Assembly (NCBI RefSeq): GCF_009914755.1
Contig: NC_060935.1
Length of the DNA stretch: 64,000 bases
Origin: the human T2T-CHM13v2.0 reference genome, Homo sapiens
Direction: 5' to 3' (one strand)
Below, in pieces: positions 1 through 13,845 of the stretch (position 1 is the first letter of the stretch; every line of letters begins with the position of its first letter). Both the position numbers and the translations under genes were made by a program. The notes under the pieces are model-generated. The model was not told the origin of the DNA. It worked only from the letters and a program-made list of their open reading frames with translations, and did no database searches.

Positions 1-437
1 AACAAAACTAGCATGAATTCATTTTTCCTTCTTCACAGTTTCACAGATAGAAGATTCATTTTTACTGTAGATCTGAGAAACTTCAGCATACAATTTGTTA
101 TTTTTCCTTGTTAAGTCAAGAACTTTCACCTTTTTAAGTAAAGGAAGCACTTTATGACTTTGCTTTGGCAAATCTAAATTGCCAGCATCACTATTTTTGC
201 ACTTTGTGGCCATTTTTTTAAGTAAAATAAAAATTACTCCAACACAAGCCCTGTGATACTCTGACAGTCGATCTGATAACCAAGAGAGTGACTAAACTAC
301 ATGCAGGTAGCATATCTGGATAGGTTGGACACAGGGATGATTCAATTTCCAGAAGGAAATTTAATATGTTTGCATTGCAGCTGACCTCAGGTAACCAAAC
401 TTCAGAAAGTGAAACACTGGGTGAGGGGGAACTACTG
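1..437 (-). mobile_element. Tigger7/MER44-type DNA transposon fossil (runs off the window start)
   Basis: Reverse complement begins CAGTAGTTCCCCCTC, like the MER44 terminal repeat. ORF 19..213 (SDAGNLDLPKQSHKVLPL...YAEVSQIYSKNESSI) resembles a Tigger transposase N-terminus. Confidence 0.75.
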
Positions 438-949
438 CCTATTGATTATAAAAACTTATCTTGCTTCTTGAAAAGAAGGAAAAGGCATTCCTGAATTGTG
501 AGTCTGCAATCAGAAATTTATCCCTGGAAGAACACATAAATAATATTGGAGAAACTTCTCTCATTTACTGGTTAAAAGATTCCAAGATTCCTGAGGCACA
601 AAGAAAATAGAGACAAGATCCTTAACATGTAACTAGAAAGCCTGGCTTTAAGTCTTATATGTACTGTGGATTTATCTGTGTACACAAAAGAATTATTTAT
701 CTTCTATTCAGCTCGGTTTCCTTATTTGTGGAATAAAAATAATAAAATTAAAAATTCCACATACTTTACAGAATTGTGTCTGCCAAATAGCAAATAAAGG
801 TGAGTTTGGAAAGTACTTTAGTAAGGTGTTTTCCTTTCAACATTAAGCAACATAATATTTTTCTTGGGGTGTTTTTCCTGCCTGTGGTTGCAGACCCACT
901 GTAAATGCTCAGTTTGGAGAGAGGCTGCTGTGTAATAAAAGAATTAGCT

Positions 950-1170
950 TAACGTCATTTCAATAAATGTTGACTGGAGGCTCTGCTCAGAGTTTTGTCT
1001 CTTTAAAATAATGTCATGTGGGTTCACAATGGAATTTCAGAGCCTAATGAAGGGGAATCAAGAGAAAATTATATGCGCATGGAGCTCTCTGGGGAATAGG
1101 GTTCCTATGAGGGCAATCGCTTCTCCTCATCCTCCTTATCAAGGAACAAGCAATTAAACTGCATGCAGGG
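950..1170 (-). promoter_or_regulatory. OR-promoter-like module, copy 1 (orphan; presumably for an OR5B gene or pseudogene left of the window)
   Basis: TCTCTGGGGA 1086-1095, TTCCTATGAGG 1102-1112, CAATTA 1151-1156, TAATGA 1045-1050; aligns by eye with the blocks at about 15300, 35080 and 50600. Confidence 0.55.
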
Positions 1171-2542
1171 ACATAGTGAAGTATGTTGTTTAGCACATAT
1201 GTATATTTGGAGTGTCTACTGTCATTTCTTTTTCCCCCTCATTTTTATTAAGGTCTCATTTATAAAAAATCAAGAGTGGCTTGTTTAATTATTTGTTATG
1301 ATTATTGATATTTGAAATCTATTTCTAAAATTTTATTTTATATTCTGCCTACCATGTTTTTATTTTGTTTTTCACCTTTCCAATTTTTAGGTGTTATAAC
1401 TAAATATCGGGCTACTAGAAATTTTAGGAGATTGATAAATAATATCTTTTTTCCTTCCTTTTTATGATGAATAGAAAAATATAACATAGTTGTATAAGGC
1501 AGAAGATTAAAATCTGCCTTAATCCTGGTAAGCCATTTCAAAATTTTTTCAGATCTTTAAGCAGAGGGCTTCTTTTATTCTTGGAATTACTTTCCTGCAG
1601 CAAACACTGTTAGTACTTTACCCACTCTCCCCTGGTATTCATTGCCCCTGTGATGGCCAAAGCATATTATTAAAAATTATTAATAGTCTGTAATTCTTGA
1701 GCTGAGGGCTTATTTTGCAGTACAAATATGATCAGCTCACATGTGAGTCATTTCATTCCTCTGGCAGCTGTCATCAGTAAATGTCAGAGGAAGTAGAGCC
1801 AAAAATTCTCCAGATTCCTTACTTTCCAGATGTTATCTGAGGATTCTTTGTACATAGTTCTTAGTACAATGGAACTTCAGATGTCCACAGATGTTACCTA
1901 TGCACAAGGGAAACCCTGTATTGACTTTTCCTTCTTCTCTCTTTCCTGCTACCTTACCAGTGCTTTCTGCTATTAACCCCCAAATAAACTACTTGGATTT
2001 AAACCACTGACTCTGGGTCAGCTTTTAGGGAATCTTATTTAATATGTATCCTGATTGTACATCTCCCCTTTGTGCTTTTGTACCGGCAGGCCCTATCTCA
2101 TTATCCCTATCAAAACGCAGGACAGAAGAACAGACAGCAATCTTGCTGCAGATAAGCAGGACCAAAAACAGAAAAGCAGAGTTCTAAAACATGTTCTATT
2201 TTTTCTTCTAAATTCCCCAATGTAATATATAGCATCTCTTTCCTCTTATTGAAACATTTTCACTGTAATTCTGCACCTGTGAATTGTAAACTTTATTTTT
2301 TTATAAATTTGATAATGTCTTGATTTGCCTTCTTATTCAAATGGTAGTTCATCTGGGTATAGAAATCCGAATTGATATTTATTTTCCTTGAGACTTGAAG
2401 AAATCAGTCTACTGTCTGCTGACTTCTACTCTTTTTTCATATAAGAAGACTAATTTCAGGCTAATTATTATTTGTATGTTTGTCTCTCTGACATCTAAAG
2501 TTTCTGCTTCTTGTATTTGCACTTTCACAAAAATGTGAATAA

Positions 2543-2622
2543 ATTAATGTATTCATTTATTCTACATGCATTTTTTTCTACCACATGTCAATGCAAATAT
2601 GCATAAAACCAGAGCAAAAACA
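2543..2622 (+). repeat. 80-bp inverted copy of the OR5B3 3' flank (8578-8659)
   Basis: Matches the reverse complement of 8578-8659 except for 1 substitution and a T7 vs T9 run. Confidence 0.9.
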
Positions 2623-3020
2623 GGCTCCCAGGAGGAGTGCTCAGGTGCCCCCCAGTGATGGAGGATAGAGCAGAGTGATCCACAGGGCCTCAGACCAACA
2701 GCTCCAGAGCTCAGAGGGGTGAAGCTGGGCTGTATGGCCCTTTTCTCGGGGCCTTGGTCGTGCATGTGGTGCTGGCTGTGGTACGCAGGGACAGGGTGAT
2801 CCTCAGGCCCCCAGTGGAATGCTTGGGTGTGTGTGGCAATGGTTGCTCAGTGGTCTTGCTGGGTTCTTTTCAGTTCAGTTGGGCAGCATGTGCTTTAGCC
2901 CCAGGTGGCGACCGTGGGTCACTATGCACAGAGGCCCTGCTATTGAGGTGACCAGGGTGCAGGATCACTGCCAATGGCTTGTGATTTGGCCCTGGTGGCA
3001 GCAGCCAGCAGTGGGACAGT
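2623..3020 (-). mobile_element. GC-rich old L1 5'-UTR-like fragment
   Basis: GC-rich segment with imperfect internal repeats (CAGGGTGATCC...CAGGCCC) resembling antisense L1M/L1PB 5'-UTRs. Confidence 0.4.
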
Positions 3021-3575
3021 GGTTTTTAATAATGAAAGAAGGAAAACCCAAAGGCTACATATCGTCATTCCATTCATACAACATAGAAATGTAAAAACAT
3101 CAGTGATTTCCAAGGGTTGGGGGAGTTGGAAGTGGTTGTCTATAAAAAGCATGCAAAGGGAAATTTTAGGATGAATCATATTTTCTATGGTGCTCTGCTG
3201 GTGAACATATGCCTGCATTTGTCCAAACTCATAGAACTACACGTAGCAAAGACTGAATGTATCACATACAAATTAAAAATGATCAACCAAGAGTACAGGG
3301 GAATTCCAGAATTAAACAGACTGTGAAAAAAATCTAATTTTATTATAAATGTATGACTTTACTTCACTGAAAGGAGATGGGGGTGGGGGGGAAAGCCAAG
3401 CTAAGTAATGTGGAAAAACAATGTGCTAACCAGAAGCCCTAAAGCTAAAAATAAATCATACAAAAATACCGTACTTTAATTGCTAAAGTTGTTTCTCATG
3501 GAGGTATGGATTAACAATTATAGAACTGGTTTACTCCTATGCTGGAGGTGGAATAAACTGAATTAAAGTCAGAGA

Positions 3576-5000
3576 CATAGGGGAGGAAAAGTTTCCTCAA
3601 CCCTCCTAGGGTTCCTGGCTAGGTCTGACATAAAACTGACAAAGACAGACTAACAGGGGAAAAGCATAACAGATTAATTTAATCAAAATTCTATGTGACA
3701 TGGAGCCTTCAGGAATGAAGACTCAAAGAACCAGAGAAAATTGTTTGTTTTTCCAGAAAATTGTTTGTTTTTTTGTTTTCTCATGGAAGCGTGACAGCAT
3801 GTAGAAATGTGACTGGACAAGGTATATGACCTAATGGTAATAGTGAGAAAACCCAGCAAGGCCTGTCTCTTCAGATTCTTCTTGGCCTCTCTGTTGTAGC
3901 ATTTCTTCCTTCCATGTATCAGGCAGGACCTCTCTGGAATGAGAGTCAATTATTTTTGTAACTTTTATTGTAGGCTTGGGGGTACATGGGCAAGTTTGTT
4001 ATATAGGTAAACTTGTGTCATGGGGGTTTGTTGTACAGATTATTTCATCACCTATATGCTAAGGCTAGTTCCCAATAGTTACTTTTTTCTGATCCTCTCC
4101 CTCCTTCCATCCTCCACCCTTAAGTAGGCCCCAGTGTCTTTTGTTCCCTTCTTTGTGTCCATGAGTTCCTATCATTTAGCTCCCACCTATTAAGTGAGAA
4201 CATGCGGTTTTCGCATTCCTTATTCCATAAATGGTGCTGGGTAACAGGTTAGCAATACACAGAAGATTGAAACTGGACCTCTTCCTTGCACCATATACAA
4301 AAATCTACTGAAGCTGGATTAAATACTTAAATGTAAAATCCTAAACTATAAAAACCCTAGAAGACAACCTAGGCAACAGCATTCCGAACATAGGAACTGG
4401 CAAAGATTTCATGACAAAGACACCGAAAGCAATGGCAACAAAAGCAAAAATTGACAAATGGGATCAATTAAACCAAGAGTTTCTGCACAGCAGAAGAAAC
4501 TATCAACAGAATAAACTATCTACAGAATGGGAGAAAATATTTGCAAACTATGCCTCTGAGAAAGGTCTACTATCCCGCTTCTATAAGGAACTTGAACAAA
4601 TTTACAAGAAGAAACAAACAACCCCATTAAAGAGTGCCCAAAGGACATGAACAAACACCTTTCAAAAGAAAACATACATGTGGCCAACAAGCATATGAGT
4701 CCATTTTTTTTTTAATGACAAGCTCCTAAATAGAAAGGTGGGAGAAAGAGTAATATTTCTAGGTTTTAAGGCTTGCTCTGGGGAAAAGAAGTTCTAGTTT
4801 CTATGGTCCACCATGGAGAAGAGTAATTCTGGTTTCTGACCTATTTTGGGGAAGAAAGAGGGGAAAGAGACAGGAGGACGGGGGAAGATCAGAAAGACTG
4901 GTTCTGAGGCTGCTTCTGAGGCCTTCCAATGTCCTTTAGTTCAAAGTGCTCGTCATGACAAAGTGTCATACTTTGGGGTGTCATTTTCTAAGCCCCAACA
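3576..5000 (-). mobile_element. ERV1 LTR (MER31/MER67-like), split by an L1PA insertion
   Basis: Right end ...TACTTTGGGGTGTCATTTTCTAAGCCCCAACA; reverse complement TGTTGGGGCTTAGAAAATGACACCCCAAAGTA. Confidence 0.55.
3950..4698 (-). mobile_element. Old L1PA, 5'-truncated and 5'-inverted (twin priming)
   Basis: Antisense 3'-UTR at about 3950-4215 joined to a sense ORF2 piece at about 4220-4698 (ORF 4411..4650 [18 protein letters not shown]); degenerate TSD GAGTC(A/C)ATT. Confidence 0.75.
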
Positions 5001-6110
5001 GAGACATCAGTATGAACTCATATTTAGTTTAATATAATGAATAAATTTAGAAATAAATATAGTTTGCTGTGACTACAGGGTACAGAAATATATACTTAGT
5101 TCTTTTGATAAAAGAGCCTGGAAGAAGTGAAACAGCAGAAACAGCAAGCGCACCCTGTGTCCAGATGTTGGCTTGTAAACACCATTCTCTATCAAAATAA
5201 AGAAGCCTCTTTGTAGAAGCAGTTGACTCTGTGACAGTGGTAGGAAAAATACAAGATGAGCTTAGAGCATCATGTAATGCCCTAAAGTAAGGACATATTC
5301 TAAATAAAATAAAAACAAAACACAAACGATGAACAATGTCAAAGGAACATAAGGCCTTCTGAAAGAGCTTCAAAGGATGAAAGTGGAAACATTGAGACCG
5401 AAAAAATTAAAACAAAAACCTAGTATTGCCTTATAATCCAAAGTATAAAGTAAACAAACAAGAACACACTAATATAAATGATGATTATAAATAAATAAAT
5501 GAGAAAGGAGACAAATCTTGCTTACAGAAAAACTCCAAATAAGTTGTTTAAACACTGATCTCAACAGGAGGTGCAGCTTAGTTCCCACACACCAACAGTG
5601 TGAGCTGGAATTAATGATTTGTTTCTAAAGAATAGAGCAGAGAAAGGGGGAACAAAAGTAACTGTATGAGAGATAATTAAGCAAACTTTACCTAGGATCT
5701 GTGATCATGTTAAACTCATCACTGATAAGACATGTTGATAGCATGTGTCCATGATATGATGTGCTAGAAGAGAAATTTTATCACTGATATGACTTGAAAA
5801 ACAGTACAGCCCCAGTAAAATAATGCAAAAACCTCAGAAAAACATAATTTCCATTTCAGACATTCTATGGAATGTCTCAACAGCACTCCCTCAAAACACA
5901 GGGAAAGATGGACAATCTGTCATAACTAGAAGAGATTAAAGAAACCTGACAACTAAATGCAAGAAGAGGAAAATAGTGGATAAATGAGCGAGATCGGAAT
6001 AAGGTCTGAAGTTTAGAAAGTAATAGTGTGTCAATCTTTTTTTGTTGTTGTTTTGACAAATGTACCATCATATTGTAAGATTATGACATAGGATAAATCA
6101 GGCAAGTGTT

Positions 6111-6570
6111 TGTGTTAGATTTGTAAAGCTGCTGTTATAAAACATCACATACCAGGAAGCTTAAAACAACAGGTGTTTATTCTTTCACAGTTTGGAAGCC
6201 AGAAGTCCCAAATCAGTGGCACTGGACTGAAATTAACACATTAGCAAGGCCTGCTTCCTTCCTAAACTATAAGTGAGAATTTTATTTCTTGCCTCTTCCA
6301 TTTTATGGTGGCTGCAGGTATTCCAAGCCTTGGGGATCACATCACTTTAGTTTCTGCTTTCATGGTCACCTTGCTGACTCCTCTTTTGTCTGTCATCACA
6401 TCTCTCTGTCTTCTTCTGATAGTGACATATGTGGGCCTTTAGGGCTCACACAGATAATCCACAATACTATCTCCGTCTTAATCACCTCTACGTAGTCCTT
6501 TTAGGCAATATAAGGTAAGATCGAAAGGTTCCAGGAATCAGGATGCATAAAGAACGTGCATTATAATAGC
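6111..6570 (-). mobile_element. MLT1 (ERVL-MaLR) LTR
   Basis: GCTTAAAACAACAG...TTTATTCTTTCACAGTTTGGAAGCCAGAAGTCC, a typical MLT1 motif. Confidence 0.65.
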
Positions 6571-7044
6571 CTATTGAATTTATGCTATGTTTGCTACTGA
6601 CAGACATTGTCATGTTTATATTCTACATGGACGTTTAGAATCATTTCAATTAATTCTATAATTTATGTGTATGAAGTAATTTTCAAATATAATTAGATAT
6701 TAAACCTTAAATAATTTCACATTTAACGTATTTTTATGGTTTATTAAAGTAGTATTTACTTGATATATTATTGTCTACTTAATGAGACATCACATCTAAG
6801 TAAAAATTATGAGATGGCTTCAAATGAGCTACTTGATGATAGAATTTTCAGGAAACGATTGTCTAAAAGTTGGAGAAAAAGTGCTTAGAATATACGTAAA
6901 AATGTTTCAGCAAAGAAATTACCTGTGTCTTTTGAAATGAACTATATGTCTGTCTAGAAGGCTTATAGATGGTTTACTATCATCATGAATGGTTCAAAGT
7001 TTCAACATATTGATACAATTAGACTCAAAGCTTAATTATTTTAT

Positions 7045-7460
7045 CCATTCATTTAACAAATACTTATTGAAAATCTCCTATAAAACACACTCATTTAGGT
7101 ACTAAAGATTTTATAAACAACAAAAAATTAACTGCTTTAATGAAGTTTGCATTCTAGTTGGATAGAAGGATATAAAGTAAACAAGTGAATAAATATACAG
7201 GAGAGTGTGAATAAAAACGAGGAAGAATAACATGAGATGAGGGGTAGTGTACATGGGGTGGGGAGAGGGATTATTTTATAAAGGTGGTGAAGGAAGGACT
7301 CTATGACTGGGTCACATTTAAGGAAAGACCTGAATGGAGTGAGGAAATATTATGCACAGAGAACAGCAAGTGCACAGGCCCTGAGGTTGGAGCATGCTTG
7401 GAATTGTGAAAAACAGCAAGGAGAGCAGCCTGGACAAAATGGAGTAAAACACAGGTGAAG
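7045..7460. mobile_element. L2 fragment
   Basis: CATTCATTTAACAAATACTTATTGA (L2 3' end) and CAGCAAGTGCACAGGCCCTGAGG. Confidence 0.6.
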
Positions 7461-7917
7461 CGGCAAAAGGTGGTGTATGTCAACTTAAATAAGAATGAAG
7501 GAGCAGAATTAACCATTTCAAAGCATTTGCAGAAAGAAAAATGTACACTTTTTGTTTCTTAGTACATTTTTTAAACAATGTAAAAGTTGGTAGTAATATA
7601 CAAAGAAATGCTTTTATTTTTACTCAGTTTTTCTGGTACTCTAGTTATTTTATCCTTTTAAAATTTAAAACATGAACATGTTGCTTCTATAAATCAGTAA
7701 TGACACAAATAAAAAAATTCATATGAGATGCTATATTTACATATTCTTGATAAAATGTGCCAAGGAAAAGCATATACTTTCATTTAATAATATGTTTTTT
7801 TAAATAAAATGAGGACTCCTAAAACAGTATTCAGCTAAATAAATTTAAAAGCATTAGGCTTAACTTTATATTCCACTACCCAAATTAAGTATTTAAATTA
7901 TTTTTATCAAATATTAG

Positions 7918-8481
7918 TGTATTAGCGTTCTACAGAGAAACAGAACAGAGAGATAGATAGATAGATGATAGATAGATAGATGATAGATAGATAGATAGAT
8001 AGATATATGATACATAGATAAAAGGAGATTTGTTATGCGAACTGGCTCATGTGAATATGGAGGCTGAGAAGTCTCACAATATACTATCTGCAAACTGGAG
8101 AACCAGGAAAGCCAGTAGAGTAATTTGGAGTTTGAAGGACTGAGAAAGGTCAGGACAGCGTTGTGGAACTGGTATAAGGCCTGGAGGCCAAAGACCCGAG
8201 AAACCAGGAACTCAAATGTCTAAGAACAAGAGAAGATGAATGACCCAGCTCAAGAAGGGAGAGAATTCATCCTTCCTCCACCTTTTTGTTCTTTTCAGGT
8301 GAGCCCTCAGTAGATTGAATGATGGCCACCCATACTGGTGATGGCAGATCTTCCTCAGTCTCCTGATTCAAATATTAATCTCTTCTGGAAACATCTTCAC
8401 AGACATATTCAGAATAATGTCTAAGCAGCTATCTGGGCATCCCTTAATCCAGCGAAACTGACACATAAAATTAACCATCAG
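7918..8481 (-). mobile_element. MLT2 (HERV-L) solo LTR containing a GATA microsatellite
   Basis: TGTATTAG..TTCT.CAGAGAAACAGAAC start, GGAGGCTGAGAAGTC internal motif, TGACACATAAAATTAACCATCA end. Confidence 0.75.
7951..8020. repeat. Interrupted (GATA)n microsatellite
   Basis: Directly visible tandem GATA/GAT units. Confidence 0.95.
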
Positions 8482-8880
8482 AACTTGCCACATTACATTG
8501 AATCCAGGCACACTTTCCACACCTATGGAAAATTCCCCACTTCATGGGAAACCTTCATGTACTTCTATTAATGGACTTGTTTTTGCTCTGGTTTTATGCA
8601 TATTTGCATTGACATGTGGTAGAAAAAAAAATGGATGTAGAATAAATGAATACATTAATATCTTTAAGGTTTTTGGCAAGGAAGTCCCAAGATGTCTTAG
8701 CCATTCTTGTTCAGATGTTATGTTTCTGGACATAATGTTTCCTTTTATTTAGACAATAGACTTTTAAACAGGCATGGCAATCACTTCAGGAATTTAACTT
8801 TATTGTGGACCTTAAATGTGATTCAGAACATGGAGAAGATCCGAGAGAAATAAAACTAGGTTATGGTGCATCCCACAATG

Positions 8881-9825
8881 TTAAACTGACCATCCTACAG
8901 ACAATTTTGCCTTCTCAACAACTTTCTTGAATGCACTCCTCACTTCCTTGTTCCTCAGACTATAGACGAGAGGGTTCAGCATGGGGATGACCATTGTATA
9001 GAACACAGGTGCCATTTTGTCTGTGTCCATGGAGTGACTGGAGCTGGGTTGTAAGTACATGAAGATAATAGTCCCATAGAAGATGGCGACTGCAATGAAA
9101 TGAGAGGCACAGGTGGACAAAGGCTTCTGGTATACTGAAGCTGAGTGCATCTTTAGGATGGTGATAAAAATGAATGTGTAGGATATCAAGATAACCAGGA
9201 GAGCTATAAAGATATTGAAGCTCACAACATAAACAAGAACAAGCTCGCTAATATGTCTATCAGAGCAAGAGAGAACCATGACTGTTGGAATATCACAGAA
9301 AAAGTGATGGACTTCACTGGACTTACAGAAAGAGAGACTAAATGTGTCCCCAGTGTGGATGGAGGCATTCAGGAAACCACAGAGGTAGGAGCCTATGGCC
9401 AGACGAGCACAAACAGTTGTTGTCATGGTTGTGGTGTAATGTAGGGGTTTGCACACTGCTGCATAGCGGTCATAGGCCATTGAGGCCAAGAGGTAATTTT
9501 CCACAGTGGCAAAAGCTACAAAGATATACATTTGAGCAGCACATGCATTGTAAGAGATGACCTTGTCTTCTATAAGGAATCCAGCCATGACGATGGGAGT
9601 GACAGCTGAAGAGTAGCAAAAGTCCACTAGAGACAAGTTACTGAGAAAAAAGTACATGGGATTGTGGAGACAGGAATCCCGGAATATCAATACAATAATT
9701 CCCAGGTTTCCAACCAGAGTGATAATATAGATGAAGGGGAACGTTATAAAGAGGGGAACCTGCAGTTCTGAGTCATTGGTTAGTCCTAGAAGAATGAATT
9801 GTGTTACTTCTGTCTTATTTTCCAT
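8881..9825 (-). CDS. OR5B3: Olfactory receptor 5B3, 314 aa (true ATG at 9825)
   Basis: [10 protein letters not shown]...; OR motifs GN, [13 protein letters not shown], [38 protein letters not shown]; C-terminus [10 protein letters not shown] recognised from memory. The track's 12-aa extension starts at a TTG that crosses the splice acceptor. Confidence 0.93.
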   Translation of the reverse strand: MENKTEVTQFILLGLTNDSELQVPLFITFPFIYIITLVGNLGIIVLIFRDSCLHNPMYFFLSNLSLVDFCYSSAVTPIVMAGFLIEDKVISYNACAAQMYIFVAFATVENYLLASMAYDRYAAVCKPLHYTTTMTTTVCARLAIGSYLCGFLNASIHTGDTFSLSFCKSSEVHHFFCDIPTVMVLSCSDRHISELVLVYVVSFNIFIALLVILISYTFIFITILKMHSASVYQKPLSTCASHFIAVAIFYGTIIFMYLQPSSSHSMDTDKMAPVFYTMVIPMLNPLVYSLRNKEVRSAFKKVVEKAKLSVGWSV

Positions 9826-10624
9826 CACTGCTCTGGGGGACTCACAGGATGCTTGTAGCAATACAAAAAGGAACAGTGTGATAAATAAATTGAATTAAAA
9901 TTGAAAAGTATAAGTACAATATGTATTCCTTCATTGTAGCAATAACTTGTACTTCAAGATTCCCTAGAAAAAGCGCGGCCTTGACAACCAAATGCAGTGC
10001 ATTAATTATACAGAGTTACATACTGTTGAAACTGAAGAATCTTAGTAGATTATCTACACAACTTTTAGATATTATAAATGTGTAAACTCATATTTATAAA
10101 ATTTACTAACCTGATCAAGATGACTCATCTAGATGCATCTATCGGTCAATTTACTTTTCCTGAGCACAGTAAAAGCTGACGCATGTTGCTAATTTGCCAA
10201 GAACTTCTCTAGACATTTAAGATATATATTCATTATTTCCTTTCTACAATATTATGTATTTGATTAGTTGTTGCATTCATTTAAATTATGAAGCACAGGA
10301 GGTTGAGTAACATATTCATATTTATACAAGTATTAAATGGCAAGCCATGCTTTGGACCCATGCCAACTTTTGAACCCATGCTGAATGGTTCCTAAATCTA
10401 ATGGTCTGAACTGAATTTAAATCAAATTGAATACAACTGTATTTACAATCACTCATTGTCTCCTTTGGTACAAACTCAGTGTTTTGAGTTTCACAATGAA
10501 GTAAGCAAGTAATATATGCTTAGTAAATGGGGTGGGGTAACAGGGTTGTTTGGGGCATGTTCAACTACCAGAAACAATTCTGAGAGAAGCCTATCACCAA
10601 ACAGAGCAGATACAGAGCTTGAGT

Positions 10625-12279
<1,655 letters not shown>

Positions 12280-12799
12280 AAAAATGCTAGATGTTAAGCA
12301 CAGCCTAATGAGTGCTAGTTATAATATTAAATATTATTATTGGATAGGTGATAATCTTTTTGTTGGTTTGATAAAGGTGGATGGTGACAAGCAGGGCTGC
12401 AGGCATGGGTGAGCTTTGAAATCTTGAAGCTCCCACCTCCAATTTTCTTTTCCTCCATGCTAGGACCACTGAGATTTTCTGTGTTCTTCAGTGATTTTCA
12501 GGTTGTTCTTCCTCCAAGCAAATGATTGTCTGCTCCGGAAGATTCACATGAGCCTTTCTTTTTCTTAATTTCTCCCTTGAAATCCACATTTTAGTGTGGG
12601 TAAAAAAGTTTCTTTTTCCTAAAGCCATTCTTTCTCTTATTACTGTTATTCCATAGTTAAATCAAAGATTAAGGGTTAAAATTTCCTACTTTATGGGCTA
12701 TCTTTATTTAGCTCACAGATCTGATTTGGTGGCAAGTTCCATGTGATAAAATATTTTATTTGAATCTATTCTTGTTTAGGAACAATATTTTAGTATTTA

Positions 12800-13845
12800 T
12801 TTATTTTAATGTTTTAAAATTTCAACTTTCATTTTAGATACAAGGGTTACACGTGCAGATTTCTTACGTGGGAATAGGCATGATGCTGAGGTTCGGAGTA
12901 TGGATCCTGTCACCCTGGTAGTGAGCATACCATCTGATAGGTAGTTTTTAAGCCCACCCTCTCTTTCTCCATCCTCTAGTAGTCCACAGTGTCTATTGTT
13001 CCCATATTTATGTCCATGTGTTCTCATAATTTAGCTCTCACTTATTAGTGAGAACATGAGGTATTTGGTTTTCTGTTCTTGTGTTACTTTGCTTAAGATT
13101 ATGGCCTCCAGATTCATCCACATTGCTGCAAAGGACATGATTTCATTTTTTAGGGCTATGTAGTATTCTATAAATCTAGTGTACAGATTACTATTTGACC
13201 CAGTATATACTCAAAAGGTAATAAGTCATTTTACTAAAAAGACAAATACATATGGTCAACCTAAATGCCCATCAATGATAGACTAGATAAAGAAAATGTG
13301 GTACATATACACCATGGAATACTATGCAGCCATAAAAAAGAACGAGATCATCTCCTTTGCAGGGACATAGATGGATCTGGAAGCCATTATCCTCAGCAAA
13401 CTAATGCAGAAACAGAAAATCAAATACTGCATGCTCTCACTTTTAAGTGGGAGCTGAACGATGAAACCACATGGACACATGGTAGAGAACAACACACACT
13501 GGGGCCTGTCAGAGGATGGTGGGTAGGAGGAGGGAGAGCATCAGGAAGAAAAGCTAATGGATGCTGGGCTTAATACCTAGGTGATGGGATGATCTGTACA
13601 GCTAATCACCATGGCACATCTTAGCTATGTAATAAACCTGCACATCCTGCACACGTAGCCCTGAACTTAAAAGTTGGACTTTTTTTTTAAAAAGACACAT
13701 GTACCTGTATGATCATCAGCACGCTATTCACAACAATGAAAGCATAGAATCAGCCCTGGTGCCCATCAGTGGTAGATTGGATAAAGAAGATGTGGTACAT
13801 ATACACCATGGAATACTACACAGCCATGAAAAAAAGAATGAAATC
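12800..13845 (-). mobile_element. Old L1PA with 5' inversion, with a nested sense L1PA 3' end at about 13250-13680
   Basis: Antisense 3'-UTR at 12800-13170 followed by sense pieces; degenerate TSD AGGAA(C/T)AATA(T/C)TTT at about 12778 and 13846. Confidence 0.7.

Larger units (their letters stand above)
3030..6110 (+). mobile_element. Old L1M (L1MC/MD-like) 3' fragments, interrupted by the LTR and L1PA listed below
   Basis: Degenerate L1M 3'-UTR-like motifs on both sides of the LTR. Confidence 0.5.

Noticed and set aside
2622-8578. 6-kb inversion bounded by the 80-bp inverted repeat
   Set aside because: Homology to the OR5B2 3' flank continues left of 8578 (CATGTACTT...GG.CTTGTT), so there is no breakpoint there; a templated insertion fits better.
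9440-9490. About 50 bp of identity between OR5B3 and OR5B2 as gene conversion
   Set aside because: It covers the most conserved OR motif ([15 protein letters not shown]) in close paralogues; it cannot be separated from constraint without a formal test.
9253-9560. Plus-strand ORFs antisense to the OR CDSs (also 30265-30917)
   Set aside because: Shadow frames of the OR coding sequence.
9826-9861. 12-aa N-terminal extension of OR5B3 in the ORF track
   Set aside because: It starts at TTG and crosses the splice-acceptor position; the paralogues start at the MEN ATG.
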